Positions 63,851 to 64,000 of a DNA stretch of 64,000 nucleotides are shown here, in pieces. The stretch is from contig OX597830.1 in NCBI GenBank assembly GCA_951406725.2, positions 43,090,001 through 43,154,000 on the forward strand, in the 5' to 3' direction. The stretch is from Octopus vulgaris. Its lineage: Eukaryota. Made by a program: the position numbers and the translations under genes. Below the pieces are notes generated by a model. The model ran no database searches. It had not been told where the DNA came from and saw nothing but the letters and a program-made list of their open reading frames with translations. How positions within the stretch are numbered: position 1 is the first letter of the stretch; every line of letters begins with the position of its first letter.

Positions 63851-64000
63851 TGTCAAATTACAGGCTTTTTTAATTATCATGAATGACATTAAAAGTATGA
63901 AATATGCCACAATATTTTTTGATCCTTTTGGGGTTAATAAAGTACTGTATTTTAACATGCACAAAGATCCCGTTTTTTGTTAAAAATTAGGTTTAAAAAA

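Overview
AT-rich, repeat-dense animal genomic DNA. The SINE, RTE and microsatellite content points to an octopus or other coleoid cephalopod (inference). Two convergent spliced genes are recognisable. (1) The 3' half of a TRPM cation channel on the + strand: 8 exons from 156 to 20740, covering S5-pore-S6, the TRP box and a coiled coil, including a predicted 17-nt micro-exon, with no enzyme domain seen. (2) The last three coding exons of an SLC6 neutral amino-acid (B0AT-like) transporter on the - strand, 55718-63256. The rest is mobile DNA: a 5'-truncated Tx1/L1-clade LINE, a frameshifted Penelope element, a full-length IR/DR-type Tc1 transposon with an open DD34E ORF, many RTE/CR1/RLE-LINE fragments, several tRNA-derived SINE families, MITEs (piggyBac-, hAT-, Kolobok-, Merlin- and mariner-like), a Helitron and microsatellites. 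Best leads: the Tx1 LINE shares a ~30-nt 3' end and an (AAT)n target with SINEs stacked in same-orientation arrays (a candidate microsatellite-targeting LINE/SINE pair); several hammerhead-like motifs, one in an unusual strand order; a 42-bp minisatellite arising inside an RTE ORF; and intronic foldbacks that could be ADAR substrates. All exon and element boundaries were read by eye; no database searches or folding programs were run.
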